The notes: generated by a model from the sequence alone, not told the origin. A DNA stretch of 34,875 nt from Bacteroidota bacterium (GCA_005883855.1 VBAU01000032.1:1751-36625); one strand, 5' to 3'. Numbered from the stretch's first letter, positions 1-11,390 are shown. Made by a program: numbers and translations.

Positions 1-849
1 AATCACCGTAACTATTAATGTGCCCAGGAAGAGAGCCAACCCGATGTTTCGCCTGGGGTTTTTTATTTCCCCCGCGATGAACGTAACATTGTTCCAGGCG
101 TCGCTGCTAAAGATGGAACCGACCATTGATGCAGCAACAGCGCCGATCAACACGAACCCGGAAATCTGCGACCAGGCTCCGCCGCCCGCTTCACTCATCA
201 CCTCCACGTGCCTGGCATTAAATCCTGTTTGCCAGTTGTCATGCCAGAAACTGTTTTTCACGAGGAGAAATCCAAAGATGATGAGCCCGAACAGCGCCAA
301 CAGTTTTGCTGACGTAAAACTGGTTTGAATGATCTTGCCCCCTTTAATTCCTTTCGTATTAGTGTACGTGAGAAAAAATATGAGTGCAATGGCCAGAACT
401 TGCGCAGCCGAAATTTTGACAAATCCAAGATCGAGTAAAATATTTCCCTCGCCAACTGATGGGATCAGGTAAGCTGTGTAACGCGCAAAAGCAACGCCGA
501 CAGCGGCAATGGTTGCAGTTTGTATCACCGCAAAAAAGCTCCACCCATATAAAAAGCCGGCTAAAGGATTGAATGCCTCGCGCAGGTAAACATACTGCCC
601 ACCAGCACGTGGATACATCCCGCTCAATTCTCCGTAACTGACAGCGGCTGTAATGGTCATAAATCCCGTGATTACCCAAACAGCTATCAGCCAGCCTGCA
701 CTCCCAACATTCCGGGTAATATCTGCACTGACAATGAAGATACCTGAGCCAATCATGGAACCCGCTACCACCATAGTTGCATCAACCAGGCCAAGCGATT
801 GCTTAAATGAAGTAGCATGATGGTGCTCAATTGCTATTTCTTCCGCCAT
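1..849 (-). CDS. APC-superfamily amino acid permease (N-terminal 283 codons; the 3' part runs off the left edge)
   Basis: Not in the ORF track because it leaves the window. My translation from the ATG (complement of 847-849) reads MAEEIAIEHHHATSFKQSLGLVDATMVVAGSMIGSGIFIVSADITRNVGSAGWLIAVWVITGFMTITAAVSYGELSGMYPRAGGQYVYLREAFNPLAGFLYGWSFF... It stays open to position 1. The GSGIF and YxELxxxxPxxGGxYxY motifs and repeated TM helices are typical of APC/LAT-type transporters. Confidence 0.8.
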   Translation of the reverse strand, partial: MAEEIAIEHHHATSFKQSLGLVDATMVVAGSMIGSGIFIVSADITRNVGSAGWLIAVWVITGFMTITAAVSYGELSGMYPRAGGQYVYLREAFNPLAGFLYGWSFFAVIQTATIAAVGVAFARYTAYLIPSVGEGNILLDLGFVKISAAQVLAIALIFFLTYTNTKGIKGGKIIQTSFTSAKLLALFGLIIFGFLLVKNSFWHDNWQTGFNARHVEVMSEAGGGAWSQISGFVLIGAVAASMVGSIFSSDAWNNVTFIAGEIKNPRRNIGLALFLGTLIVTVI

Positions 850-1005
850 GGAAAAGTAGTTGTGGGTAAAAGTTCAAGATAAGATTTAATTCATTCAATT
901 TTCAACCCGCTGCAAATATTGCGGTGTGCAAAATACCCTTCTCACGGTACTCAGATGGCTTGCCTTTGTCGGTACTTTCAGTTATTATGTTGCAAGCTAC
1001 CATCC

Positions 1006-1036
1006 GCAAAAAGCCCCGCCGTAGTGGTGGGGCTTT
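1006..1036 (-). terminator. Rho-independent terminator directly after the OmpH-like gene
   Basis: GCCCCGCC (1013-1020) pairs with GGTGGGGC (1026-1033), including one G.U. The loop is 5 nt and flanking A/T pairs extend the stem. On the minus-strand RNA it is followed by UUUUU (plus A 1008-1012) and starts right after the TAG stop (1037-1039). Confidence 0.6.
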
Positions 1037-1666
1037 CTAATTCTTTTTTCCCGACTTCTTTTTCTGATACATTTCATTCAATCCCTTCAAGAGATCGTTC
1101 GTTATATCTAATGTACTGTCCTTATAAAAAATGAGGCCGGGCTCGTTGGAAACTATAATTGCATATTTTCTATCCTTATTGTATTCGCTACAAAATCTGC
1201 GGATCATGGAAAGAATTTCCTGTTGCGCCTGCACATAATAGTTATTATACTCCTGGTCAAGGCCTGCTTTAGTATCCTTAATGCTTTGTTCAAGCTGCGT
1301 CAATTCTGTTCTTGCTGACTCCAACTGGGCGCCAGTCATCGTAGAGCCGTGCTGCTGCAGGTAAACAAATTTTTGCTGATAATTATTTTGGAGACGGCCC
1401 ATCTCTTCATTAATCTTGTCCTCCTTTTTTTCAAGCTCAATCTTCATCTCCTTCGCCTTTTGAAAGTTGGCTGCCACAGAATCCATTTCAAAATAAGCGA
1501 TCTTGCAACCGCTCTGAGACGCAACCGTGTCAGCTGGATTGGGATTGTTTTTATCTGTTTTGTCAGGGGTAGTTGTGTGAACTTTTTTCGAACTGAACTG
1601 CAGGTAAAATAAGACACCTACAGCTAACAGCAAGATGATGTTCATTACAACTAACCCATTTTTCAT
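1037..1666 (-). CDS. OmpH/Skp-family periplasmic chaperone
   Basis: 209 aa with an N-terminal hydrophobic signal/anchor (MKNGLVVMNIILLLAVGVLFYL). The body is long, Lys/Glu/Gln-rich and helical (KIAYFEMDSVAANFQKAKEMKIELEKKEDKINEEMGRLQNNYQQK...), as in Skp/OmpH proteins. Confidence 0.7.
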   Translation of the reverse strand: MKNGLVVMNIILLLAVGVLFYLQFSSKKVHTTTPDKTDKNNPNPADTVASQSGCKIAYFEMDSVAANFQKAKEMKIELEKKEDKINEEMGRLQNNYQQKFVYLQQHGSTMTGAQLESARTELTQLEQSIKDTKAGLDQEYNNYYVQAQQEILSMIRRFCSEYNKDRKYAIIVSNEPGLIFYKDSTLDITNDLLKGLNEMYQKKKSGKKN

Positions 1667-1703
1667 TCGTAGATTTTTTGCAAAATAAGTACGATAAGGC
1701 GGG

Positions 1704-1711
1704 CAAATATA
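1704..1711 (-). promoter_or_regulatory. Candidate Bacteroidota -7 box (TATATTTG = TAnnTTTG) for the OmpH-like gene
   Basis: The minus strand reads ...GTGTTTCataaagtaagggcaatcatTATATTTGcccgcc... about 38 nt upstream of the ATG at 1666. A TTTC (near the TTTG -33 element) lies 19 nt upstream. Confidence 0.3.
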
Positions 1712-1752
1712 ATGATTGCCCTTACTTTATGAAACACTTAACTATCAGGAAT

Positions 1753-1855
1753 TTCGCGGATTACATGGATCACGCGGACTTTATTCCGAAGAATGCGCTA
1801 CATAACCAGCGTCCTCATTTATCCGCGCAATCCCTTTAATCCTTTAATCCGCGAA
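1753..1855. repeat. Nested inverted repeats: perfect 11-bp TTCGCGGATTA (1753-1763) / TAATCCGCGAA (1845-1855), with inner CGCGGA (1773-1778) / TCCGCG (1822-1827)
   Basis: Read directly from the sequence. The arms enclose about 81 nt between the rpoC terminator and the OmpH-like promoter region. Confidence 0.6.
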
Positions 1856-1929
1856 TAAAAAAAGAGGCTGTCGAAAAAAACAACCTCTTCCTTATTTGTG
1901 TAATCGTTCTTAATCCGTTAATCCGTGAT
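1836..1929. repeat. Two 20-bp direct-repeat blocks, each a tandem pair of TTAATCC with 8-bp period, flanking the rpoC terminator
   Basis: Block 1836-1855 is ttaatcctttaatccgcgaa and block 1910-1929 is ttaatccgttaatccgtgat (17/20 identical). The terminator hairpin 1863-1888 lies between them. The second block abuts the rpoC stop codon (1929-1931). Confidence 0.6.
1855..1888 (-). terminator. Rho-independent terminator of rpoC
   Basis: The minus-strand RNA reads AGAGGUUG-uuuuuuucga-CAGCCUCU-UUUUUUUAUU. This is an 8-bp stem (one G.U) between 1881-1888 and 1863-1870, followed by a U-tract (plus A 1857-1862). Confidence 0.65.
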
Positions 1930-4900
1930 TATTCTTCCTCATCGAACGCCATAGCTTCTCTTGTCGTCTGCAACAGTTCATACTCTTCCTTGCTACCAAC
2001 GATCATGTTTTCAAATTCACGAAGCCCGGTTCCTGCAGGTATTGGGTGACCGGTAATAACATTCTCCTTTAATCCCAGCATTTCGTCTGTTTTGCCCTGG
2101 ATTGCAGCGGCGCTGAGCACCTTTGTCGTTTCCTGGAAGGAAGCTGCAGAAATCCAACTTTGCGTTCCTAATGAAGCCTTGGTGATACCTAGCAATGTTG
2201 GCGCTGATGTAGAGGGTCTTGCATCACGATATTCAACCAACTTCTTATCATTACGGCGCAGGATCGAATTCTCTTCTCTCAATTCACGCAGGCTTACAAT
2301 TTGTCCGGCTCGCAATTTTGCTGACTCACCCGGAACCGTTACAACTTTCTTATCAAAGATGAAATCATTCTCCTCGAGAAATTCAAATTTATCTTCCAAA
2401 TCCTCCTCGAGGAATTTTGTATCTCCCGGATCAACAATGCTCACCTTGCGCATCATTTGGCGCACGATTACTTCGATGTGCTTATCATTAATTCTTACAC
2501 CCTGCAAGCGATATACTTCCTGGATCTCGTTCACTACATATTGCTGAACGGCAAAAGGTCCTTGAATAGAAAGAATGTCCTGCGGTGAAATTTGCCCGTC
2601 ACTCAATGGAGAACCTGCTTTCACAAAGTCACCGTCCTGTGCAAGGATCTGCCGTGTGAGTGGAACAAGATATTTCTTTGTTACGCCGTCTTTCGCCTCG
2701 ATAATTATTTCGCGGTTACCACGTTTTACAGCACCCATCGTTACGACACCATCAATTTCAGAAACGATGGCAGGGTTACTTGGATTTCGTGCTTCAAACA
2801 ATTCTGTTACTCGTGGCAAACCTCCTGTAATATCTCTTAGTTTTCCTAGCACCCGCGGTATTTTCACAATAACCTGTCCTGCTTTCACTTCATTGTCTTC
2901 GTCAACTACAATGTGGCTTCCTGTCGGAAGATTGTATGATTTGATTTCTTTTCCCTCGACAAGAATAGACGGGATCTTTGTTTTGTCACGTGTTTCAATT
3001 ACCACTTTTTCACGGTGACCCGTTTGCTCATCGGCTTCTTCACGATAAGTGACACCTTCCAGTACATTTTCAAATTTTACTGTTCCGTTTAGCTCTGCTA
3101 CAACCACGTTATTGAAAGGATCCCATGTGCAGATCACGTCGCCTTTATTCACTTTCTGCCCATCCTTTACAAGAAGCGTAGCTCCGTAAGGAATATTGTG
3201 AGTGATCATTAATCGATCGTTTCTTGTATCGATGATCCTTACTTCACCTGTACGTCCAATGACAGTCTGCACTTTTTCCCCTTCATTATTTTCAGTGATA
3301 ACTGTGCGCAATCCATCAAACTGAATGGTTCCTTCGAATTTTGCGGGAAGCGTTGATTCAACAGAAGCTGAACCGGCTACACCACCAACGTGGAACGTAC
3401 GCAGGGTCAGCTGCGTTCCAGGCTCACCAATGGACTGTGCAGCAATAATGCCGACAGCATCGCCCTTCTGTGCCAGGGCACCTGCCGCAAGATTTTTGCC
3501 GTAACATTTTACACAAACACCACGTTTGCTCTCGCAAGTAAGCACTGAACGAATCTCGACAGCTTCAACAGCAGCCTCCTCTATTTTTTTAGCAATCTCC
3601 GTCGTGATTGCTTCACCGGCTGCTACTAATAGCTCATCGGACTGAGGATCGTACACATCATGCAATGAAGTACGACCATCAATTCTGTCGCTCAGCGGCT
3701 CGATAATGTCTTCGTTATCTTTCAATGCAGTCGTTGCAATTCCACGCAACGTACCGCAATCTTCTTCGGTGATTACCACATCCTGGGCAACGTCAACCAA
3801 ACGACGGGTGAGGTAACCAGCATCAGCGGTCTTTAATGCCGTGTCAGCAAGACCCTTGCGGGCGCCGTGCGTGGAAATAAAATAATCCAGCACATTCAAT
3901 CCGCCTTTGAAGTTGGAAAGAATCGGGTTCTCGATAATCTCTGAACCTGTTGAACCGGATTTTCTTGGCTTTGCCATCAATCCTCTCATGCCTGCCAGCT
4001 GCTTGATTTGTTGCTTTGAACCACGGGCGCCTGAATCCAACATCATGTACACGGAATTGAAACCTTGTTTGTCATGGCTTAGATCACGGATCAATGTTTC
4101 CGTAATTCTTGTATCCACACGGCTCCAAATGTCAACGATTTGGTTATAACGCTCGTTGTTAGTGATAAGACCCATGTTATAGTTCCCCCACACCTCATCA
4201 ACTTCACCCTTTGCATTTTCCAGCAGTTCCCCTTTTATTTCAGGAATGATGAGGTCATTGATGTTAAACGATAACCCACCCTGGAATGCGGTGCGGAAAC
4301 CAAGCTGTTTTATGTCATCCAGAAATTTTACTGTTTTTGGAATGTTCGTGATCTTGATAATGTCGCCGATAATTTCACGAAGGTTTTTCTTTGTCAGCAG
4401 CGCATTGACAAAACCAACTTCATTAGGAACGTTCTGATTGAAAATAACACGCCCCACAGTTGTCTCGATCAATTTATGTTCGAGCAAGCCGTCTACATTG
4501 CGAATGTTTGCCTTCACCTTTACCCAGGCATGCAGATCCATTACGCCTTCGTTGTACGCGATGATCACTTCTTCAGTTGAATAAAATATTTTCCCTTCGC
4601 CTCTTACCTTTTCGGCATCAGATGACTTTTTGCCCTTTGTGATGTAATACAATCCCAACACCATGTCCTGTGACGGAAGAGTGATCGGCGTACCGTTCTG
4701 TGGATTCAAAATATTATGCGACGAAAGCATCAGCAATTGGGCTTCCAGGACCGCAGCATTACTTAAAGGAACGTGAACGGCCATTTGGTCACCGTCGAAG
4801 TCAGCGTTGAAAGCAGTAGTTACCAACGGATGCAATTGAATCGCTTTGCCCTCAATCAACTTTGGCTGGAACGCCTGGATTGAAAGGCGATGCAATGTCG

Positions 4901-6221
4901 GCGCACGGTTTAGCAATATGGGGTGACCTCTTAAAATATTTTCGAGAATATCCCAGATAACAGCTTCTTTTTTGTCAACAAGTTTTCTCGCCGACTTAAC
5001 TGTCTTTACGATACCTCTCTCAATGAGTTTGCGAATGATAAAAGGCTTGAAAAGTTCGGCTGCCATATCTTTTGGCAATCCGCATTCGTGCAGCTTCAAT
5101 TCAGGCCCCACGACAATTACAGAACGGCCGGAGTAGTCGACGCGTTTACCAAGCAGGTTCTGACGGAAACGGCCTTGCTTTCCTTTCAACACATCACTCA
5201 ATGATTTTAACGCACGACCGCCTTCTGCCTTGACAGCATTTGATTTTCTCGAGTTATCAAACAGGCTGTCGACGGCTTCTTGTAGCATACGTTTTTCATT
5301 CCGAAGAATGACCTCAGGAGCTTTGATCTCCAATAATCTTTTCAAGCGATTATTGCGGATGATCACGCGACGGTAAAGATCATTCAAATCGGAAGACGCA
5401 AAACGACCACCATCCAAAGGAACGAGCGGACGCAGTTCGGGTGGAATTACGGGAATATATTGCATGACCATCCATTCAGGACGGTTTGTAATTCTTGAAT
5501 TCGCATCACGAAAAGCTTCAACTACGCTTAGACGCTTCAATGCATCGGCCTTACGCTGTTGCGAGGTTTCGGTTGCAGCAGCATTCCGCAGATCAAACGA
5601 TAATTGATCCAGGTCGATCCGGGCCAACAGATCATGCACGGCCTCTGCTCCCATCTTGGCGATAAATTTATTCGGATCATCGTCAGGCAAGTATTGATTT
5701 TCCTTTGGCAATGCTTCAAGGATGTCAAGATATTCCTCTTCGGTCAACAGGTCACCATAATTTTGACCTTTATCGGCGCGAAGGCCCGATTGAATCACTA
5801 CGAATCTCTCATAATAAACAATGCTCTCTAATTTCTTAGAGCTCATTCCAAGCAGGTACCCAATCTTGTTTGGCAACGATTTAAAATACCAGATATGAAC
5901 AACCGGAACAACCAATTTGATGTGTCCCATTCTTTCACGACGAACTTTTTTCTCCGTAACCTCAACGCCGCAACGATCGCACACAATTCCCTTATAGCGG
6001 ATGCGCTTATATTTTCCACAAGCGCACTCATAATCCTTCACCGGCCCGAAAATTCTTTCACAGAACAAACCGTCGCGTTCTGGTTTGTAAGTCCGGTAGT
6101 TAATGGTTTCGGGCTTTAAAACTTCACCATAGCTTCTTTCAAGAATGGAATCAGGAGAAGCCAACCCTATAGTGATCTTAGAAAACACCGGCCTTGGGCG
6201 ATTTTCTTTTTTGTTAGCCAT
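1929..6221 (-). CDS. rpoC: DNA-directed RNA polymerase subunit beta'
   Basis: 1430 aa. It has the zinc-binding CxCGKY...CxxCGVEV motif, the catalytic [12 protein letters not shown] motif, and bridge-helix/trigger-loop regions. It sits immediately downstream of rpoB. Confidence 0.98.
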   Translation of the reverse strand: MANKKENRPRPVFSKITIGLASPDSILERSYGEVLKPETINYRTYKPERDGLFCERIFGPVKDYECACGKYKRIRYKGIVCDRCGVEVTEKKVRRERMGHIKLVVPVVHIWYFKSLPNKIGYLLGMSSKKLESIVYYERFVVIQSGLRADKGQNYGDLLTEEEYLDILEALPKENQYLPDDDPNKFIAKMGAEAVHDLLARIDLDQLSFDLRNAAATETSQQRKADALKRLSVVEAFRDANSRITNRPEWMVMQYIPVIPPELRPLVPLDGGRFASSDLNDLYRRVIIRNNRLKRLLEIKAPEVILRNEKRMLQEAVDSLFDNSRKSNAVKAEGGRALKSLSDVLKGKQGRFRQNLLGKRVDYSGRSVIVVGPELKLHECGLPKDMAAELFKPFIIRKLIERGIVKTVKSARKLVDKKEAVIWDILENILRGHPILLNRAPTLHRLSIQAFQPKLIEGKAIQLHPLVTTAFNADFDGDQMAVHVPLSNAAVLEAQLLMLSSHNILNPQNGTPITLPSQDMVLGLYYITKGKKSSDAEKVRGEGKIFYSTEEVIIAYNEGVMDLHAWVKVKANIRNVDGLLEHKLIETTVGRVIFNQNVPNEVGFVNALLTKKNLREIIGDIIKITNIPKTVKFLDDIKQLGFRTAFQGGLSFNINDLIIPEIKGELLENAKGEVDEVWGNYNMGLITNNERYNQIVDIWSRVDTRITETLIRDLSHDKQGFNSVYMMLDSGARGSKQQIKQLAGMRGLMAKPRKSGSTGSEIIENPILSNFKGGLNVLDYFISTHGARKGLADTALKTADAGYLTRRLVDVAQDVVITEEDCGTLRGIATTALKDNEDIIEPLSDRIDGRTSLHDVYDPQSDELLVAAGEAITTEIAKKIEEAAVEAVEIRSVLTCESKRGVCVKCYGKNLAAGALAQKGDAVGIIAAQSIGEPGTQLTLRTFHVGGVAGSASVESTLPAKFEGTIQFDGLRTVITENNEGEKVQTVIGRTGEVRIIDTRNDRLMITHNIPYGATLLVKDGQKVNKGDVICTWDPFNNVVVAELNGTVKFENVLEGVTYREEADEQTGHREKVVIETRDKTKIPSILVEGKEIKSYNLPTGSHIVVDEDNEVKAGQVIVKIPRVLGKLRDITGGLPRVTELFEARNPSNPAIVSEIDGVVTMGAVKRGNREIIIEAKDGVTKKYLVPLTRQILAQDGDFVKAGSPLSDGQISPQDILSIQGPFAVQQYVVNEIQEVYRLQGVRINDKHIEVIVRQMMRKVSIVDPGDTKFLEEDLEDKFEFLEENDFIFDKKVVTVPGESAKLRAGQIVSLRELREENSILRRNDKKLVEYRDARPSTSAPTLLGITKASLGTQSWISAASFQETTKVLSAAAIQGKTDEMLGLKENVITGHPIPAGTGLREFENMIVGSKEEYELLQTTREAMAFDEEE

Positions 6222-6357
6222 ATTTCGATTTAGGATTTTTAAATTTTAATTTTGTTACCGGCGACATCAACTTTACTCATCGTCTGTTGCGTCGCACTCT
6301 TGTACTTTCGGTAATGCTCATCAGCAAGTCGGTTGCGAGTTTAGATGTTGGTGTCGC

Positions 6358-9300
6358 TCATTCGAATTTGAGATCAAGTCCCAATCCTCTCAATTCATGC
6401 ACCAATACATTGAAGGATTCAGGAATTCCTGCTCTTGGAACATTGTCACCTTTGACGATGCTTTCATATGTCTTTGCACGACCAATGATGTCATCAGATT
6501 TTATAGTAAGCAATTCCTGCAAGATGTTTGACGCACCATAAGCCTCCAATGCCCAAACCTCCATTTCACCAAAGCGCTGACCACCGAACTGAGCCTTACC
6601 ACCTAACGGTTGCTGTGTGATCAAACTGTAAGGTCCGATCGAACGGGCATGCATCTTATCATCAACCATGTGATGCAACTTGATCATGTAGATCACACCG
6701 ACCGTCGCTTTTTGATGGAAGCGTTCACCGGTTTCTCCGTCATACAAATAAGTGTGACCGTATCTTGGAATGCCGGCCTGCTGACAATAATCAGCAATTT
6801 CATCAACCGTAGCTCCATCAAAAATTGGTGTCGAGAATCTTATTCCCAGTTTTTCTCCAGTCCAACCGAGAACAGTTTCATAAATCTGTCCAAGGTTCAT
6901 ACGGCTCGGCACGCCAAGCGGATTCAATACAATATCAACCGGAGTTCCATCTTCAAGGAACGGCATGTCTTCTTCGCGAACAATCTTAGCCACAATTCCT
7001 TTGTTACCATGACGACCGGCCATTTTATCTCCCACTTTTAGCTTACGCTTCACAGCTAAATAAACTTTCGCCAGTTTCAAAACGCCCGCAGGCAATTCAT
7101 CTCCGATCGAGATATTAAATTTCTCCCTTTTGTATCGACCTAATTCTTCGTTGTACTTAATATTAAAATTGTGCAACAGCACGTTTATCTGGTCGTCGAT
7201 TTTTTTGTCGCCTGTCCACCCTAAAGGATTTACATTTTGATAATCGATGCCCGCGAGGTTCTTTGCAGTAAATCTTGCACCCTTGCCGATGAGCACTTCA
7301 CCAAAATTATTGCTGACACTGGCAGATGCATGCTCTCTCAATAACACCTGCAATTTTTCAAGGAGCACTTCCATTAGATCAGCTTCGTTCTTTTCATGTA
7401 GCTTTTCCAATTTCTCTAAAGCTGCCTTCTCTCTCACTTTGGCGTTCTTATCCTTTTTTGCTCTTTGGAACAATTTCTTGGCGATCACCACACCCTCCAC
7501 TCCATTTGGTGCTTTCAATGAAGCATCTTTTGCATCACCAGCCTTATCACCAAAAATCGCGCGCAGCAATTTTTCTTCCGGGGTGGGATCGCTTTCTCCC
7601 TTTGGTGTGATCTTACCAATAATGATATCCCCTTCCTTGATCTGTGCACCAATTCTGATAATACCATTTTCATCCAGGTCCTTAGTTGCTTCCTCAGAAA
7701 CATTCGGGATATCCGGTGTCAATTCTTCCTCACCCAACTTGGTATCACGCACTTCAAGCTCATACTCCGAAATGTGAACAGAAGTAAACAAGTCTTCTTT
7801 TACTACTTTTTCACTGATCACGATGGCATCCTCAAAGTTGTATCCCTTCCATGGCATGAAAGCGACTTTGAGGTTTTTACCCAAGGCCAATTCACCGAAT
7901 TGGGTAGCATAGCCTTCGGTGAGGAAATCGCCTTCCTTCACCGGTTGCCCTTTTTTAACGGCGGGTTTCAGGTTGATTGCAGTTTCCTGGTTTGTTTTTA
8001 TGAACTTGGTGAGTTTGTAAATCTTCAGATCATCTTCAAAGCTCACGAGCTTCTGTGTTTCGTTCCTGTTGTAGCGAACGTGAATTTCATTGGCGTCCAC
8101 ATACTCTACGATTCCGTTTCCTTCAGAATGAATCTGGATTCTTGCATCGCGGGCAGCTTTTCCTTCTAAACCGGTACCAACGATTGGAACGTCCGGGCGT
8201 ATAAGAGGAACAGCCTGGCGTTGCATGTTTGATCCCATGAGCGCACGGTTCGCATCGTCGTGCTCAAGGAATGGAATTAACGAGGCACTCAAACCCACAA
8301 TCTGGTTTGGCGCTACGTCCATAAATTCTACTTCTGTTTTATCAAGAATAGGGAAGTCACCGGTCTCGCGACTGACCACTTTCTCCTCAACGAAATTTCC
8401 TGAGTCATCAAGCGGTGAATTTGCCTGCGCAATTTTTGCCGAGTCTTCTTCTTCTGCACTGAGGAAAGTTAACTGCTTCATGTTAACCTTACCATTCTCT
8501 ACTTTGCGATATGGAGTTTCGATGAAACCCATCTCATTGATCTTGGCATGCACGCAAAGCGTGGAGATCAAACCAATATTTGGACCTTCCGGAGTTTCAA
8601 TGGTACACAGGCGACCATAGTGAGAATAATGCACATCACGAACTTCAAACCCTGCTCTTTCACGGCTTAAACCGCCGGGACCCAGTGCTGAGATGCGACG
8701 CTTGTGTGTAATTTCAGACAGCGGATTTGTTTGATCTAAGAATTGTGACAGTTGTGATGTCCCAAAGAAAGAGTTGATCACTGAAGAAAGCGTTCTGGCA
8801 TTGATGAGGTCTACAGGAGTGAACACCTCGTTGTCACGCACATTCATTCTCTCGCGGATGGTTCTTGCCATACGTGCAAGACCAACTCCGAATTGAGCAT
8901 ACAGTTGCTCCCCAACCGTCCTTACGCGCCGATTACTCAAATGATCGATATCATCGATCTCCGCCTTACCATTTGTTAAGCGAACCAGGTACTTGATGAT
9001 CTCTATAATGTCTTCTTTTGTCAGCGTCTTCTGTTCGAGTGGTGCATTAAGACCAAGCTTTCTGTTAATCTTGTAGCGGCCTACTTCACCGAGATCATAG
9101 CGTTTGTCGCTAAAGAATAATTTGTCGATAATGCCCCTGGCTGTTTCGTTATCGGGAGCGTCCGCACCACGAAGTTGGCGGTAGATGTGCTGCACGGCTT
9201 CCAGCTCACTATTCGAGGTATCTTTATTTAAGGTGTTATAGATAATTGCATAATCGCCGCCCACATCTTCCTTTTGAATGAAAACACTCTTCACATCCAT

Positions 9301-10161
9301 CTCCACGATCATTTCAACAGCTTCCTGGTCAAGAATGGAATCACGTTCCAGCACGACTTCATTTCTTTCAATGGACACTACTTCACCGGTATCTTCATCA
9401 ACGAAATCTTCTACCCAACTTCTGAGTACTCGAGCTGCAAGTCGACGGCCGATATACTTATGTAAGGCTTTTTTATCAGCCTTCACCTCATCCGCCATTC
9501 CAAATAATTCGAGAATGTCTTTATCAGTTTCGTATCCGATTGCACGCAAAAGAGTGGTTACAGGAAATTTTTTCTTCCGATCGATGTAAGCGTACATGAC
9601 GTTGTTAATATCCGTAGCAAACTCCATCCACGCACCTTTGAATGGAATTACCCTTGCAGAGTAAATCTTTGTTCCATTCGGATGGATCGATTGACCGAAA
9701 AATACACCTGGCGAGCGATGAAGCTGAGAAACAACAACACGCTCGGCCCCATTTATCACAAACGTTCCTCTTGGAGTCATGTAAGGAATGTTTCCAAGAA
9801 ACACGTCCTGAACGATGGTTTGAAAATCTACGTGTTCCTCGTCGTTGCAACTTAAACGAAGTTTTGCTTTTAGAGGAACCGCATAAGTTAATCCACGCTC
9901 CATACACTCTTCAATAGTGTAGCGCGGCGGATCAATAAAATAATCTAAGAACTCCAACACGAAAATGTTACGCGTATCGGTGATTGGAAAATTTTCACGA
10001 AATACGCGGAATAAACCTTCAATGTTTCGTTTGTCGGGCGTAGTTTCTAATTGGAAAAAATCTCTGAAAGATTGGATTTGAATGTCTAAAAGGTCTGGCG
10101 CGTCGGCTAGATGTTTGATTTTTCCAAAGTCAATCCTGTGATTCAATTTTGATGAAGACAT
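6358..10161 (-). CDS. rpoB: DNA-directed RNA polymerase subunit beta
   Basis: 1267 aa with conserved blocks such as [47 protein letters not shown] and [13 protein letters not shown]. Confidence 0.98.
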   Translation of the reverse strand: MSSSKLNHRIDFGKIKHLADAPDLLDIQIQSFRDFFQLETTPDKRNIEGLFRVFRENFPITDTRNIFVLEFLDYFIDPPRYTIEECMERGLTYAVPLKAKLRLSCNDEEHVDFQTIVQDVFLGNIPYMTPRGTFVINGAERVVVSQLHRSPGVFFGQSIHPNGTKIYSARVIPFKGAWMEFATDINNVMYAYIDRKKKFPVTTLLRAIGYETDKDILELFGMADEVKADKKALHKYIGRRLAARVLRSWVEDFVDEDTGEVVSIERNEVVLERDSILDQEAVEMIVEMDVKSVFIQKEDVGGDYAIIYNTLNKDTSNSELEAVQHIYRQLRGADAPDNETARGIIDKLFFSDKRYDLGEVGRYKINRKLGLNAPLEQKTLTKEDIIEIIKYLVRLTNGKAEIDDIDHLSNRRVRTVGEQLYAQFGVGLARMARTIRERMNVRDNEVFTPVDLINARTLSSVINSFFGTSQLSQFLDQTNPLSEITHKRRISALGPGGLSRERAGFEVRDVHYSHYGRLCTIETPEGPNIGLISTLCVHAKINEMGFIETPYRKVENGKVNMKQLTFLSAEEEDSAKIAQANSPLDDSGNFVEEKVVSRETGDFPILDKTEVEFMDVAPNQIVGLSASLIPFLEHDDANRALMGSNMQRQAVPLIRPDVPIVGTGLEGKAARDARIQIHSEGNGIVEYVDANEIHVRYNRNETQKLVSFEDDLKIYKLTKFIKTNQETAINLKPAVKKGQPVKEGDFLTEGYATQFGELALGKNLKVAFMPWKGYNFEDAIVISEKVVKEDLFTSVHISEYELEVRDTKLGEEELTPDIPNVSEEATKDLDENGIIRIGAQIKEGDIIIGKITPKGESDPTPEEKLLRAIFGDKAGDAKDASLKAPNGVEGVVIAKKLFQRAKKDKNAKVREKAALEKLEKLHEKNEADLMEVLLEKLQVLLREHASASVSNNFGEVLIGKGARFTAKNLAGIDYQNVNPLGWTGDKKIDDQINVLLHNFNIKYNEELGRYKREKFNISIGDELPAGVLKLAKVYLAVKRKLKVGDKMAGRHGNKGIVAKIVREEDMPFLEDGTPVDIVLNPLGVPSRMNLGQIYETVLGWTGEKLGIRFSTPIFDGATVDEIADYCQQAGIPRYGHTYLYDGETGERFHQKATVGVIYMIKLHHMVDDKMHARSIGPYSLITQQPLGGKAQFGGQRFGEMEVWALEAYGASNILQELLTIKSDDIIGRAKTYESIVKGDNVPRAGIPESFNVLVHELRGLGLDLKFE

Positions 10162-10426
10162 AGGCGTAAAAAACCGGTTTTTAAAAAGTCAATGACGCAC
10201 AAATCACTTTAGGCCTTTTTCTCCTTCAAGAAAAAAGCCTATGAGAGTCAACTATTTAGTCATGATTGGTAACGTCAAAATGTATTTGGCCAAATTAAAG
10301 GAACGCAAAGGTAGGGAATAAACACTTACAAACAAGAAAACTTTGGCAACAAACATTAAGCCATAATCCCATGGAAGAGTCATTTTTAGGAGGCGGAACG
10401 AGCGTAGATTCGGGTAAACCTTTCTT

Positions 10427-11383
10427 ATGAGATGGCGACAATGGATGCGTGAATATTTGACGTTTACTCGCAAGGAAAAAATCGGGATTCTGACAATCGC
10501 TTTACTTATTGTCCTAATCTGGATATTCCCCAGGGCTATCAAGTCTTCAAAATCGCAAATACCGCTCGGCGACACCAGCTGGATAACGGCAATAACCTCT
10601 TTACAACACAAAGAAAATGATTCGGGCAACGGCGCAGCCACCAATGATGAGAGCTTGAATGAACTGGTTTATGATCAAACTGCAAGACAGCGTTGGAATG
10701 AAGCCCGGCACAAATTGTTCTATTTCGATCCTAATAGCTTGACTGTGGACGGCTGGAAAAAATTGGGGATTCGGGAAAAGACAATAAGAATTATTCAAAA
10801 CTACTTGAAACGAGGCGGTCATTTCTATAAGCCCGACGACTTGAAAAAAATCTATGGTATCCAACCCGACGAATTCGCCAGGCTTGAGTCGTACATTCAA
10901 ATCCGAACGAAGAGCCGGGCAGATTCTACTGGCACGTCAAACGCTGAATTCAAACGATCATTCCAGGTTCACAACACAAAGTATAGTTTGGTTGAAATCA
11001 ACACTGCGGATACCGCTACTTTAATCGCATTGCCGGGAATTGGAAGTAAACTTGCGACACGAATTATAAATTTCCGGGATAAGCTCGGTGGATTCTACTC
11101 AATCGACCAGGTGGGTGAAACATACGGTCTTGCCGATTCCACTTTCCAAAAGATTAGACTTTGGTTGAAACTTGAGAACGTTTCATTAAAAAAGATCAAT
11201 ATCAACGCCGCAACAAAGGATGAGCTGAAATCGCACCCTTATCTAAGATGGAATTTAGCGAATGCAATTGTCGAGTACCGAAATCAGCATGGCAAGTTTT
11301 CTTCCCTTGAAGACCTAAAAAAAGTTGGAGCAATTACCGAAGAAATTTTTGTAAAAATTAGACCTTATGTTTCTGTGGAGTAA
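10427..11383 (+). CDS. ComEA-like helix-hairpin-helix DNA-binding protein with an N-terminal membrane anchor
   Basis: 318 aa with a TM segment (KIGILTIALLIVLIWIF). It carries repeated HhH units (LIALPGIGSKLATRIINFR; NINAATKDELKSHPYLRWNLANAIVEYRNQHGKFSSLEDLKKVGAI). The start is ATG 10427; ATG 10445 is an alternative. Confidence 0.75.
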   Translation: MRWRQWMREYLTFTRKEKIGILTIALLIVLIWIFPRAIKSSKSQIPLGDTSWITAITSLQHKENDSGNGAATNDESLNELVYDQTARQRWNEARHKLFYFDPNSLTVDGWKKLGIREKTIRIIQNYLKRGGHFYKPDDLKKIYGIQPDEFARLESYIQIRTKSRADSTGTSNAEFKRSFQVHNTKYSLVEINTADTATLIALPGIGSKLATRIINFRDKLGGFYSIDQVGETYGLADSTFQKIRLWLKLENVSLKKININAATKDELKSHPYLRWNLANAIVEYRNQHGKFSSLEDLKKVGAITEEIFVKIRPYVSVE

Positions 11384-11390
11384 TTGACAC

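Noticed and set aside
2092-10161. Numerous 60-176-aa ORFs antisense to, or out of frame within, rpoC and rpoB (for example 2092..2547, 2575..3018, 6610..7041, 7247..7777, 7774..8169, 8225..8620, 9605..9907)
   Set aside because: They lie wholly inside two unambiguous, highly conserved genes. Their Ser/Leu/Phe-rich, low-information compositions are typical of shadow frames, and they carry no recognisable motifs.
10252-10900. Minus-strand ORFs 10252..10644 (130 aa) and 10601..10900 (99 aa) in the rpoB upstream region
   Set aside because: They overlap the well-supported ComEA-like gene on the opposite strand. Their composition is implausible (Cys/Ile/Phe-rich with no motifs). 10252..10644 would also occupy the rpoB leader.
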